A stretch of DNA of 64,000 nucleotides from Macrostomum hystrix (lineage: Eukaryota > Animalia > Platyhelminthes): positions 1,116,001 to 1,180,000 of the forward strand of contig CATNEN010000003.1 of the NCBI GenBank assembly GCA_950097015.1. Reading direction: 5' to 3'. Each line of letters opens with the position of its first letter. Position 1 is the stretch's first letter. The notes under the pieces were generated by a model. It searched no databases and had not been told where the DNA came from. It was given only the letters and a program-made list of their open reading frames with translations. This document shows positions 1 to 12,894 of the stretch, in pieces. The position numbers and the translations under genes are program-made.

Positions 1-733
1 TCAGCAGCTCCTCGTCATGCCGGCTTATCCGCTCCGACCTCCGTCACCTCATTTCTGCCTTCGACCGCCATCATCAAACCGGTGCACTCTGTCTGCGTCC
101 AGCAGCACCTCAGCTCCAGCGGCGTGCACCACCTGCTCGATCAGCTCGTGCTCGTACCGCCAATTGATTAGTCCGAGCGTCACGCCCGCTTGCCCAACTT
201 CTCTCCGGCTACTGAAGTCTCCTCCGGTCCTCTAGAGGTCCAGAGGTTTGCTCGGCTACTCCGGAACAAGTCAAGATCGCCAAGCTAACCTTGCCCACGG
301 AGTCTAGCCATAAAGAGATCTGCATCCGTATCTGCACAATGGTAAATGCAATACAAGACACAAAGCCTAGCGTTGCACGCGCATAGTGTCGGTTAGAAAG
401 AATGATGAAACAAAAAATTAAAACATTAAATGTATATTTTTGTAATATAAAACAGAAAATACTCCAGCCATGTAAAAAGTTTGTTTAACGAAGTTTAAAA
501 TATTAACTTTAAACAAAACTTTGTTTAAAAAATACGTGAAACGAAAAAAATTGTCTACATAGTAATAATTACATTTTTAACCTAAAGTAATCACTGGGAA
601 AAATTTGCTGCGTGAGTTATGCTTAGGAGCTGTATCATATTGCAACATACAGTTCGCCGCTGACGTACTAATTAGCGACGAAATACTCCATCTCATGAAA
701 TTCATGATCAATTAGCGAAGCCTTTTTGCTTTT

Positions 734-2919
734 TTAAACGTCAGCCTCGACATCAGAATTCTGTCTTTTTGACACCGCCACCGCTCGACCGCAGTATAAG
801 TATGTGAGAACTGCCAGGACAGTTGTGAGGGCCAGTCCAGCGATCACCGACGTGGCTATAGTTAGCGGCATTTTCCAAGACGAGTCGAATGCATCCACCC
901 AGCCGTCAATGAGCTCAGTGACTGTCTTGGCTACGGTCCGGCTGCAATCTCTGCTGCAGTCCAGAGCGTCATGTTCTGGTCCTGACGGAGTCTCCGGGAA
1001 GCTGATCAGCACAAGCATCGGCTCACTGCAATTTCCAAATTCCACAGCCGGCTTGCCTGATGACCTGTTCACAGTCAGCGAGCCGCAGGGTCCCGTCATT
1101 GGAGAAGACCTGAAAATATGAGTTCATTGTGGAGTTCTGGCGCTAGATTGATCAAAAGTCATGTTGTCTTGTTGCCCTAATGTTACATCATTGCGAAGAC
1201 ATAACAGGAGGCTTCTGCTTACTTGAAAAGCTCATCCGCCTGAGTCCACTTGAGTTCGCAGCTGGTCGCATTCTTAACAATGGACAACACGTTCCCTGTG
1301 CCACCGGCAGCCTTGATGAACATTCCCAGTCGAAGTGGTCCGGCACTCAGGTTCAGTGGACGCTTGAATGGGTAGACTGACTCCCTGGCAATGTCTGAAG
1401 CAAGGATGAGCGAGTGATGCAACACTCATGGTGTACACATTGGGCTTCTCACTGCAGTGGGCAATATGAAACGTACTGGCTGCGATGAACTCATTGATTT
1501 CTGTCACGCTCGAAAAGCTGGCGAGTTGCGCGTGACCTTGAACGCTCAACATCGCCGCAGTCATCGTCTGGCGAATCGAACTGATGGCGTAGCAGTTTCC
1601 GCGAAAGCTGAGCATGTCTCGGCTGCAGAATGCAGGCAGGGGAGTCAGCGCCCGCAGAGTGACAGTCCTGGATGACTCTGACTTTCTCGAGCTGGCTGAG
1701 TTCCACGACACGGATATGTAGCTTTGCCTGAAAGTGGTGGGAGACATTGCACCGATGTGTTTTAGTCTGCGAGTAGCTGGAGATAATCAATAAGTAATGA
1801 ATGACCTATCATAAATGGTCAGCACACGAAACAGTCCTGGATGAGCAATCTGGTTGTTTTGAGGGCCAATGCTGCCGATGCTGGTTCTGTGGATCACTGA
1901 ATAAAGAAAAATTTTGTAAGAAAATCTGGAGAAAAGCACTTCGAAATTACATTTGGCTTCCATAGTTACAAGATTCCTTGGTAATAGTAACTGATAGTAA
2001 CTGAATTATAGATAGTAACTGTATTTCAGATAGTAACTGTATTTCTGATAGTAACTGAACTTCAGATAGTAACTGAACTTCAGATAGTAACTGAATTTCA
2101 GATAGTAACTGTATTTCTGATAGTAACTGAATTTCAGATAATAACTGAATTTCAGATAGTAAGTGAATTTCAGATAGTAACTGTATTTCTGATAGTAACT
2201 GAATTTCAGATAGTAAGTGAATTTCTGCCTTAAACTACTACTAGGCTACTTTAACTTGTACTTTTGTAGCTCTTGTGCAGTAAATGCATGCCTATTCACT
2301 AGTCATCCATCACACTCACGTCTGTTATTACCAGACTGCTTCAGTTGGTACCGCAGCTCCAGCTTCGAGTTTTCCCAACTCATTGATCCGTCGTCACCGC
2401 CCAGAGTCTCCAGCAGCAGCTGCCTGGGAGCTGACAGTCGCCTGACTGTCAGACGCCAGTCGCAGCGCCTTTCAGGAGAATTCCGACCGAACTGGCATGC
2501 AATCAGCCGCTCATCTTGGTGACTTCGGTCCGTGAGATCCACCTCCAACTCGTAGCTGTTGGGACAGAAATGGTCACCGCCATCGCAGCTGCAAGGCAAA
2601 CAGTGAGTCAATGATCAGCGAGCAGTAAGCCTGAGTGAGCTCTAGCATGGTTGAGTCAGGTATTTGAAGGATATTGATGAGTCCATTGTAAAGTTCTGTG
2701 AGAAAGACTTAAACACGCCATCAAGTGCACAGTTGTGTGGTGCTGAAAGGAATGGCCATAAAAAGTGGATGTACAGTCATGTGTTTTTGACCTGGTTTGG
2801 TGGCATTGGAAATGAGCTATGCTAGGATGTCATCACTGAGTTTAATGGAATGCTTACCAACTCTGCAAGCAAATAATGCAGATGGCAACCAAAATGCTTT
2901 GTTTGCAAGTAGCACTCAT
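734..2919 (-). CDS. Family A receptor copy A1: signal peptide + CUB-like domain + atypical C-type lectin-like domain + TM, 6 exons, about 406 aa
   Basis: Manually spliced GT-AG exons 2858-2919, 2320-2588, 1806-1896, 1477-1727, 1223-1394 and 734-1109. All phases are consistent (1221 nt). N-terminus MSATCKQSILVAICIICLQS. CTLD-like segment FCSRDMLSFRGNCYAIS...AQLASFSSVTEINEFI...LRLGMF. TM segment PLTIATSVIAGLALTTVLAVLTYLYC. Confidence 0.8.
1985..2227. repeat. 18-bp minisatellite GATAGTAACTG(A/T)ATTTC(A/T) in intron 2 of A1
   Basis: About 13 tandem units visible directly. Confidence 0.9.
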
Positions 2920-3222
2920 CCAATTGGCTCAGGTCTAGTTGGTCTGTTTCACTGCTCAGTGTAACAAGCAAGACTGCTTTTTACGCTCTCCTGAAAACGA
3001 TTTCGAATCGATCAGTTTATATTCTTACTTACGTTTAAGCCTCTTAAATACTAGAAAATTGAATTGGTATTAAACATTTGAGTTTCTTAATTAAGCTCTC
3101 AATTCATTTATTTTAAACTAACTGCAAACTGACTTGGCTCATTGCAAAGTCAAAACTCATTTTTTATAAATGGCAAAATTAAGTTTTGTTTATATAGTAT
3201 AATTTGCAAATTTACATTCATA

Positions 3223-3863
3223 GGGTAATGTATCATCAACCGAACAGTGTATCTTCAAAACCGAACAAGAATTTTGACTCCTTCCTTGGTTTTGTGCAAG
3301 ACAGAAACAAGCTATTGTATTTCACAGAACAACTATTTTGAATGTCAATGAAATTATTTACAAGCTAAGGCATGACATGCAATGAAGCATTAAAAGGAAA
3401 GAAATATATGGATGTTTCAGTAGAAATTTTTATCATAAAAGCATACTTTTTAACAGCATTTTTTCAGCATGTACTTTAGACTAAGATCGTATGTGGTTGC
3501 TTTCCAATTAAATTACCATAAATGTAGTTATTTATAGAGCATGAAAAATGCTTTCAAATGACATAATTCATGATAGATCAATCCTTAAAATAAGATTAAA
3601 CCACTCACTCAAATTTTGAAACTGAACATCAAATTCTCTGTTTGGTTTGAAGATACATGAAAATAATCGTTTGGTTTTAGATGAAAAACATGAATAACTT
3701 TTTTCTATTTGACAAAATAGCAAAAGCAGATACTATTTAAAAAACAAAACAGTTTTCTATAACTTGGCTTTTGATTTATCATGATATCTTAAATAGAAAA
3801 TCTGTAGCTTAGGTTTGAAGTTAAAAAAATGCATATTCTTGTTCGGTTGATGATACATTACCC
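3223..3863. mobile_element. MITE / non-autonomous DNA transposon, copy 1
   Basis: Terminal inverted repeats GGGTAATGTATCATCAACCGAAC ... GTTCGGTTGATGATACATTACCC, AT-rich interior, homologous to 4658-5296. Confidence 0.85.
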
Positions 3864-4657
3864 CAATAACTGCAAGTATTCATAAGAATATACTTTTTTT
3901 AAATAGTAACACGTGAAATATTATATAATCATAATAACTGAAAATATACAATGCAATGTTATACATTATATAATTATGGCTTGGTTGTGATCACAGTTAT
4001 GTAGTAGGGATGCTTTTAACACTCTTTTTTGAGGGTCAAATTTAAAGATCTTAGAAGACAGAAATTTTTTACTTGCCTCTTGACTTACAAAAGGGCAGTA
4101 ATGCACAATTGTTGATTTATTTATCATTTGGATAAATTCATCTGGTGCAAGCACAAAAAATGTTGTGTAGCAGAATTGAGAAAAAAATTATAAACTTGAA
4201 TAGTTTAATGCAAGACATTTGGGGCAAGAACAAAAAGATCTTGTATAGCTTATCAGCCACATGTACAATAAGCTAAATATCAGTATTCAATTATAACATT
4301 TATTCATAATTACATAATTAGTCAAACTAATCAATGGCGGGCGATTACAATACTATAGGTAGGTATAGCCATATAGACCCTATGTATTCAAAAAAAATTA
4401 TTAATTTATTTTTTCTTTGAAATTGAAGTTTCATTTCATGAATGAGAAGTACACATTTTTAATACAAAAATAAATTTTAGCAATAACAATTTTTTTTCAA
4501 ATTTACAGTATATTATTCTATATATTTGTCCGTCTGATGTGTCTGACACCACAGACCTTGGGAAAGACCTTGTTGTTATTGTTATATTTGTAATTGTAAT
4601 CATTATTTTGATATTATATTATATGATTTATTGATTATGTTATATTCATATAATATA

Positions 4658-5296
4658 GGGTAATGTATCATCAACCAAACAGTGTAGGCCTATCTTCAAA
4701 ACCGAACAAGAATTTTGACTTCTTCCTTGGTCTCGTGCAAGACAGAAACTAGCTACTGTGTTTTACAGAACAACTAATTTGAAAGTCAAAGTAATTATCT
4801 ACAAGCTCAGGCATGGTGTGCAATGAAGCATTAAGATGAAAGAAAGATATTGATGTTTCAGTGGGAATTTTTATTGCAAAAGCATACTTTTTTAGATTTT
4901 TTCTGTCTGTACTTTAGACAAAGATTGTATGTGGTATGTATTGTATTGTATTGTATGTGATTGAAAGCATGAAAAATGCTTTCAAATGACATAGTGCATG
5001 ATAGTTCACTCCTTAAAATAAGATTAAACCACTCACTCAAATTGTAAAACTGAACATCAAATTCTCTGTTAAATTTGAATATACATACAAATAATTGTTC
5101 AGTTTTAGATGAAAAGCAGGAATAACTTTTTTATTTGAGAAAATAGCAAAAGCAAATACTTTTGAGAAGGATGTAACTGTTTTCTATAACTTGGCTTTTG
5201 ATTTATCATCGTATCTTAAATAGGCCTAGAAAATCTGTAGCTTGGGTTTGAAGTTAAAAAAATACACATTCTTGTTTGGTTGATGATACATAACCC
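4658..5296. mobile_element. MITE, copy 2 of the same family, TA target-site duplication
   Basis: Same TIRs, flanked by TA on both sides, collinear with 3223-3863. A further related TIR start lies at about 5513. Confidence 0.85.
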
Positions 5297-6698
5297 TATA
5301 AATGACATTAAATTTTGACTTTATGTATGAGTCCCATATATTGATATTTAATTGTTTTGTCAACCATTCAAAGAAGAATATCACGACCACAAATCACACA
5401 ATCACAAAGCAATTTTTTATCATGCACAACCAATTCTTAAGAAAAAAGGTTGCTTTTTATCCGAAGAATGAAAGACAGGACACCACCAGGATAAGATAGT
5501 TCCCGATGTGTAGGGTAAAGCATAATCAACCGAACAAGAATATATAACGTTTTTGAACACTGAACTATTAATAACTTTTTATTCAAAGGTAAATTCAGCC
5601 GTGTCACACTTACGAGGCTAAAAATACGGGAAAAGTTGCTGCCTCAGAGGCGGAAAATACGAGTAGATCCGTAGTTCTGCGCTGTCAGCCGTAAATTGTA
5701 AATTCTACTCATTTTACAATTTATGAACTTTAGTATTTATGCCATTTTTATGCGATAATGTAGATTTAAGCTTATAAGCTTATATTAAATTACTTTTGGT
5801 ATTTACAATTGATTGCCTTTTTATTGTTAGAAATTTGTTTTAACGAAATATTATATTTAACGAAATCAATAATGTTCAGCTCTGATTCGGCAGTTTGCAC
5901 GGAGGTTCGACTAGCATGAGATTTAAATGCGGTCTTCGAAATACTCTTTTATCAAACTAACTAGCGATATAAATCAGACTAGCTACACAGTCTGATGTTT
6001 TTACTTTGACGAACGCTGATTAAATTATCTTTAATTATTAATTAATTCAGGCTCATATTAGCATTTACGCATTGGATATTGCATGGGCTGACTCCAAGAA
6101 GAAGTTGCTCCCATTATTTGTGAAAATGCCCCCACTGAAGCCAGCGCGTACCCTTCTCCTCCATGGAACAAATTTTTGTTTGTATTTTCAGATTGCGCAA
6201 CCGTTATAAACGTTATAAATATAACACCAACGTGAAGAACAGGCACATTTAGTGTATGGAAGAGAGCTAGAAGGCATTGTGATGGGGGTCGGGAATGAGA
6301 GTTAGGGTGCATAGGGTGCATAAGCAAGGCCAAGCTGGGAACAGGTTTTGAAAATTTGCTCTGGTTTTGGAAAATTTGCGAAAATGAGAATTCATAGGCC
6401 GAAAATTCAATTGCTAATTTGTTGTCCTTTTAATTGAGACAAGCGCAAGGGTGACTTGTCTGTCTCTTTTAAGGAGAGGCTTCGATTGGCTAAACTCGAC
6501 ATACCATTCTCCCTGCAATCTGGTCCAGGAGGCCAGTGGGGAGGTCAATTTTTTCTTTCCTTGCAGAAACTGTGTGCCTGGGCTGTTTGCTTCTGAGCAA
6601 ATGTATAATAAGAGTGGAGTCTGTCTTCAGTTGGCGTTGCGCTGGGCCTATTAATCTATTTGAAAAAATAAAACTAATTTGTGTCCCAATACATCATG

Positions 6699-9600
6699 AC
6701 TGCAGCAATAATCGCTACTAGGGCAGAAACGCAGAGAAGCGATACCAGAGAATTCATAGCAGCGAGCACTATAATTGATAAAGTAAAATGATCTCGTTCA
6801 GCTTATCCATGTTGTGTATTGCAAAGGCATGCAACGCGTAGGGATAGTTCGGAGACAGGGTTTCTAGAAACTTCCACAGCAGGGCTTGTTTACGCATAGT
6901 TCCAGAAGTTTCCTCTCCCCGTCTTTCTAGAACTTTCTTTCCCCGCGTGCATATACGAGCCGCCCTCCTACTGGCCAAGCTTTCCTCGCCACGCGGCTCT
7001 TCGCCTCGGTGTCAACTGAGAACCCGGATAATTATTTATTGTGTTTCTGTGTTAGTTAATTCAGCAACAGAACACTGGCGACGAGGATGGCGGCTAGCAT
7101 CCTTCCTGGCGAACTGCGGATCACCGACAGTACCATGGAGCCGATGGATTGAGGCCTTTGAATTTTACTACGAGGCGGCCCAATTCAAGGAGCCCGAAGG
7201 GAAGGAAGAGGCGAAACCGCTGAAGAAGAACCTTCTGCTCCATCTGCTTGGATTCGAAGGTCAGCGGGTTGCTCGAGCACGCCAAGCAATCAATGAGAAC
7301 GACACGTTCGCAGCAACTAGGTAGGGGCTCGAGAAGAACTTCGGCGAGAAGCCCAACGTGATGGTGTCCAGATATCGCTTCCGCCAGCGCCAGCAGCTAC
7401 CCGGCGAGGACGTCAAGACCTTCGTGGCAGCCCTGAGGGAGCTGACGGAGCTGTGCAACTACGGCGCGATACAGGATGATCTCATCAGAGACGAGCTGGT
7501 TGAGAAGACCAGCAACCCCAGAATTCGAGAGAGGCTGCTGACAGAGAAGGTGGAGGACCTCAACCTGGCGAAAGCGCTCAGCGTCGCGGTTTCCATCGAG
7601 GAAGCCTCCAAAGAAGCCAAGGCGATGGCGCCATCAATCTCAAGCACGGCGGCTGCCATCCAATCGATCCGACAGCAGAGGAGCAAGAAGGTCGCTGCAA
7701 AGGGGAGGCACCGCCCAGCACCAGCTGGCAGGACAGCCAAACCCGGAGGCGAATGCACACGCTGCGGGCGAGGCCACGGACCGACGTCCCCCTGTCCGGC
7801 CAAGGGCAGGACATGCGACGCCTGTGGCAAGAAGAACCACTTCCGAAGTTGCTGTCGCAGCCAGCAGGCTGCTGTCAATGCTGCGGACGAGGTGATCACA
7901 GTCTACGCAGTGCCGGGTGGCGACAGGGAGGTCCGAGCGACGCTGGAACTCGGACAGGACAGGACCGCTGTCAGCCTAATGGTGGACTGCGGCGCAAAGG
8001 TGTCCCGACAGACCACCGACCGGATCTCAGGTGCAGTCACCTCTCCCACTACGACGAAGCTGCGTGCCTACGGCGGACTACCGATCCAGCTGAGCGTGGT
8101 CACCGAGCTAGAGGTGCACTATGGTGATAAGGCGATGCAGCACCGGTTCTTCTTTGCGCCAGGCGGCGACAACATCATCGGCAGAGATCTGATGGAGAAG
8201 CTGGGCTTCCGAGTCGACCTGAGCGGGCAGGCGCGGTACCCAGCGACCTTCAGCGGCGCGATAGGATACTGCGCGGGCGCTGTACACCAGCCCAAGGTCG
8301 ACCCGGCGGTGCGATCCGTCCAGCAGCCACTCCGCCGCCTGCCACTCATGCGACAGGAGCAGGTCGGTTTCGAACTCGACAAGATGGAGAAGGACGGCAT
8401 CATCGAGCGAGTCAACGCTAGCGAGTGGGTCTCCAATCTAGTGGTGACGGCGATGAAGGATGGCAGCATTCGAATCTGCGTCGACGTTCGCGAGCCGAAC
8501 AAGGCACCGATCGTCGACAAGCAACCGATGCCACAGCTGGACGAGATCGCCTCGAAGATCAAGAAAGGAAGCGGCCGAGTGTTCAGCAAGATTGATCTGA
8601 AGTCTGGCTACATGCAGATGCAGCTGCATGCATGAATCGAGCCGCAATCTGACAGCCTTCATCACGCACAAGGGTCTCTTCCGCTATCGCCGAGTTCCAT
8701 TCGGCCTGGTATCGGCACCAGCTGCCTTCCAGCGCATGCTCGACGATCAAGCCGCCGACCTCGATGGAGTGGAGCACATCCTGGACGACTTCATCGTGTA
8801 TGGGCGCAGCGAGGAGGAGCACGATCGACGACTGGAGAAGTTGCTCCAGCGCCTCGAGGACAAGGGCATGACGGTGAACACGCAGAAGTGCGCCTTCAAG
8901 CAGAAAGAGGTCGAATTCTTCGGATTCGGGATCTCGGAGGCCGGAATCTGGACAACGGAGTCAGCCACAGCGGCCATCAGGGACATCCGGCAGCCCGGAG
9001 ATCAGAAGGCGCTGAAGTCATTCCTAGGCGCCGCCAACTTCCTGATGCGCTTCGTGCCGCACTACGCCGACGTCACAGAGCCGCTTCGAAGGCTCCTGAA
9101 GGCCGACGCCAACTTCGAATGGACGCCGGAGTGCCAACGGGCGTTCGAGGCAGTGAAGGACGCCATCAGTGAAGGACGCCGACGCTCGCCCACTTCGACC
9201 CGAAGGCCGACACTATCGTCACCACGGATGCCAGCGCCAAGGCCATCAGAGCCCAGCTGTCGCAGATCCAGGACGGCGTCGATCGACCTGTCGTCTTCGC
9301 CGCCCGAGCGCTGACGACGACGGAACAGCGCTACGCTGCGAACGAGCGCGAGGAACTGGCGAGCCTCTGGGCGATGAAGAAGTGGCATTTCTACCTCTAC
9401 GGTCGCCACTTCGAGCTGCGCACAGATCATCAGGCGCTACAACAGCAGCTTCTGGTACCGACCGGCACGGGACACCGGCCACTACGGATCCACAGGTGGT
9501 GCGACCGGCTGCTACAGTACGACTTCCACGTGCGCTACCTGCCAGGAAACAGCAACTACGTTGCCGATCTGTTGTCCAGGTGGAGCAGCGGATCTGAGCT

Positions 9601-10960
9601 GAACCTGGTCCACCTGCCCGACACTCCAGGCCCGAGAGTCAAGGCAGTCACCCTGGAAGCACTTACCTCAGGGACCGCAGCCGACGAGACACTGAGGACA
9701 GCCATCAAGAGCGTCATCAGCGGCTGGTGGCCAGCTAACATCGATGACGCCGAGCTGCGGGCTCTCTGGAAGATGCGCGAACAGCTCAGCGTCTGGAACA
9801 ACGGCGACTGCCTCGCCTTCCAGGAGAGAGCGGTCATCCCGGAGTCTCTCCGCGGCCAACTTCTCGAGCAGGCTCACGAAGGGCACCAGGGCATCGTGCG
9901 CACCAAGCAGGCGCTCCGCGACTCAGTCTGGTGGCCCGCCATGGACAAGGCCGTCGAGACCTTGCCACTCCACTTGCCACTGGCTTGTGACAGTCTTGAA
10001 TATTCGAATTCACGCGGGGAGATGGTTAGCCTTTGATAATAAGTGTTTTCTATTTTAACAGTAGGCCAACCAAGAAATTTTGCCACCCGTTTGTATACTC
10101 AGGGGGAATTCCCCCTTGAAAATTTTTTGCAGCGCCAGAATGCTAACAGCGATGGGTGGTGACTGGTTGGCTGACAGAATAGGCGGGCGTGTCCTGTGGT
10201 TAAGCAGCGCCTAATATTTACGCTTGATCAGTGAATTTGGAGAAATTAGAGTCATTGTAGCCCTTTAAGGTCCGTCTCGATGAAGGTACGAGTGCATGGT
10301 AGCGTGGCCTCTGCGCTGATAAATTGCCATGCTAATGTGATTAATGAACGTTGTACATGCAATTGTACGTACGGCTCGTATATGCGGAGGGGTTGATATA
10401 AATCACACCCAGCCCCCTTCTAACAATAAATATGAGCTCGCCGCCTTGGAGGCGATGCTGGCACACATTCGGGTGGCATGCTGATGAATTTTGAAGGCCT
10501 GGCAAGGCCGCACTGAGGCCCATTGTGCTAATTCGTGTATAGGAGTATCACATTCACTAGCGCTTATAAGAAAAACCAGACCTTCAGCCAGAATCGTTGA
10601 AAATCTCGACGGTCTGAAGAGCTGGCGACTTGATATATGTTTTCCCTGGAAAAGTTCCCCACTTGTTCTACTGTTAAGGAACACGCGACTCACGGTATGT
10701 CAGTTTGATTTCGGGAAATCATCAGACCACAGCCGCTGTAATTTTCACGACAAATGACTCGGCTGTTGAATTCATTGAGAAACAAACCGATGCGAACACG
10801 TTGGGTCAGATTGAGGGGCCGTTTGAATGGATACCTATTCAATCTGGCGTCGTCTAAAATATTTGTTTAATCAGGCAAGTATTATGATAGTGAGCATTTT
10901 TTAGCTAGAAGCACACCCTAGCTGATGTGACTTGAGAACTCACTGGCCGCCGCTATATCA
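6699..10960 (-). pseudogene. Family A copy A2, pseudogene split by a Gypsy element
   Basis: 6699-~6935 matches the TM exon of A3/A4 (ACTGCAGCAATAATCGCTACTAGGGCAGAAAC). ~9970-10960 matches the A3 exon 5 region (YPFKRPLNL) and its flanking introns. The 5' exons and part of the last exon are missing. Confidence 0.8.
6940..9961 (+). mobile_element. Ty3/Gypsy LTR retrotransposon (Mag-like), degenerate and 3'-truncated
   Basis: LTR-like end ...ACA at 7074 followed by PBS-like TGGCGACGAGG (7076). Gag has two zinc knuckles (CTRCGRGH..C, CDACGKKNH...C). Protease MVDCGA. RT IDLKSGYMQ, PFGL, ILDD. RNase H TDAS in a shifted frame. Integrase zinc-binding start HEGHQGIVRTK...WWP. Stop at 7322 and frameshifts near 8630 and 9175. 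The integrase core and 3' LTR are absent. The left boundary is approximate. Confidence 0.92.
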
Positions 10961-11029
10961 GATAAAAAGCCTACAGATTGCTGACTCTCGAGTTGCAGAT
11001 CGAGGATTTTGAAATTGGGGAGTAGTGTC

Positions 11030-11300
11030 TCCTCTCTCCCTCATCTCTACCGTCTCGTCTCTACCCTTTCTCATCCCTACCCTTTCTCATCCCTACTCTT
11101 TCTCATCCCTACCCTTTCTCATCCCTACCCTTTCTCATCCCTACCCTTTCTCATCCCTACCCTTTCTCATCCCTACCCCTTCTCATCCCTACCCTTTCTC
11201 ATCCCTACCCTTTCTCATCCTTACCCTTTCTCATCCCTACCCTTTCTCATCCCTACCCTTTCTCATCCTTACCCTTTCTCTCCCTACCCTTTCTCATCTC
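11030..11300. repeat. 16-bp pyrimidine-rich minisatellite CATCCCTACCCTTTCT
   Basis: Direct tandem units. The shadow ORFs show a 16-aa period. Confidence 0.9.
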
Positions 11301-11304
11301 TGCA

Positions 11305-12240
11305 CAGTCTGGCAGAACGACCCGACCACCAGGCAGGCGCGGCAAATCATCGAGCGGCTCCGAAAATCGCGATGGCCCACAGGCGGCGCCGACGTCTCAC
11401 GTCTTCTTGATGAGCGGCAGCAGGCGCAGTCGACGACGCCATCCAGACCATCATGGCGGCTGGCTTCGATGTGGGGAGCCGGGCAGTGTCGACGGCCGTC
11501 CAGATTCTAACAGGGCGCACGAAGCATGTGGCGCTGAATCTGGCCGGCGACACCCTGGAGGAGCGCAGGAATGAATTGCACGACTTCTTCGCCGGCATCG
11601 TGAACGCGCCTTCACCAGCGCTGTCAGCTAATTTCGCGGTGCCACCGGACACGCTGCTGCCAGCTGAGGCAGATTTTCACATCAGCCCAGTAACTATGGA
11701 GGATGGATTTGCTGCATTTTGCTTGGAGAGTACCAGGCAGCAAAGTGCTCGGCCCCGACGAGATTCTGGTCGGGGCGCTGCGGATCCGCTGTGTGGCTAC
11801 GCAAGTCACAGGCGTCATGAACCCCGTGCTCGCCGGCGACACTGCACCTACCGAGTGGACCATCGCGCACATCGTGCCGATCACGAAGATGGCAGGGACA
11901 GCGCGGAAGGAAGATCATCGCGGGATCTCACTTTTGTCCTTTGCGGCGAAGCTTTTCAACCGACTGCTCTTGCAGTCGCTGCTGGACCCCTACCTCCGTT
12001 ATGAGCAGAACGGGTTCTGGCGTAAAGTGGTTCGGTGACCTAGACTCCTCGCACTCCGCAGTTCTCGCAGTCCTCGCATTCCGCAGTGCCATCGAGGAGG
12101 CGCGAATCCGCTAGTCAATACTGATCATCGTGTTTCTCGACTTTCGCAAGGCGTTTGATTCGGTGTCGAGAGCCGCGCTCCCATTCATCCTCTGGGCCTA
12201 CCGGGTGCCACAGCGGCTAGTTGAAGCGGTCATACGCGCG
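11305..12240 (+). mobile_element. Degenerate LINE (RTE-like) reverse transcriptase fragment
   Basis: GPDEIL, WTIAHIVPITK, DHRGISLLSFAAKLFNRLL, EQNGF and IVFLDFRKAFDSVSR, spread across frameshifts and stops. Confidence 0.85.
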
Positions 12241-12289
12241 CTGGTGTTGTGACGGCGTACGGCCTGTCCTACCTGTGTGGTACCGGCAG

Positions 12290-12470
12290 TTGCCCGAATG
12301 AAGGCATGGAGCTCTAGGATCCTCTCCGGAGTGGTCAGCTCGTCGATCCCCAGGGGGTGGCCAAGGTGCAGCCTGCGCTCTTTCTCGAAGAAAGGGCAGA
12401 ATGTGACGTGGTGCGCCACAATTTCTTCACCTAAGCCGCAAAAAGTGTCAGCAAATTCGGAGCTCACTAC
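12290..12470 (-). mobile_element. LINE ORF2 C-terminal zinc-knuckle relic (duplicated at ~20985-21140)
   Basis: [28 protein letters not shown] resembles the LINE C-terminus at 20392-20829 ([30 protein letters not shown]). Confidence 0.6.
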
Positions 12471-12894
12471 AATACTCTGCAAGCCTACAAATAGAAAAAC
12501 TTCAAGTGACGAAAGTAAGTATTTGTATATACTCGTATATGCGTGTTTAATTTGAAATTTTTATCGAATATCTCGGATTTTTTTTTCAAAGTAACAGTAA
12601 GGAATAACTTTTGTCCTACAGAATCCCAATTACGGGATCCAAAGGCAAGGCCTTGTTAATGAATGATGAAAAAAACAGGATGCTATGCTGAACGCTTTCC
12701 AGTGAATGGCCCGAGAGCTGACCAAAATTGCAACGATATATGAGTGCTAATTGCGTTTGAGAGTCTAATAAGGCTGAATAAACTTAAAGTACAGCTTTTC
12801 TAGGTTACTTTTTCTTGCTTTCATGTGTGGTAGAATTCAAGTACAAGATCGCAAGTTGATGTTGAACTAACGACCTGTACAACCAGCTGATGAA

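Noticed and set aside
1-300. Coding-like GC-rich sequence at the window start
   Set aside because: Truncated by the edge, with no recognisable motif or continuous frame.
3966-4260. Possible transposase fragment between the two MITEs
   Set aside because: AT-rich short ORF with no motif I can recognise.
7261-9886. Many overlapping minus-strand ORFs
   Set aside because: Antisense shadows of the GC-rich Gypsy gag-pol.
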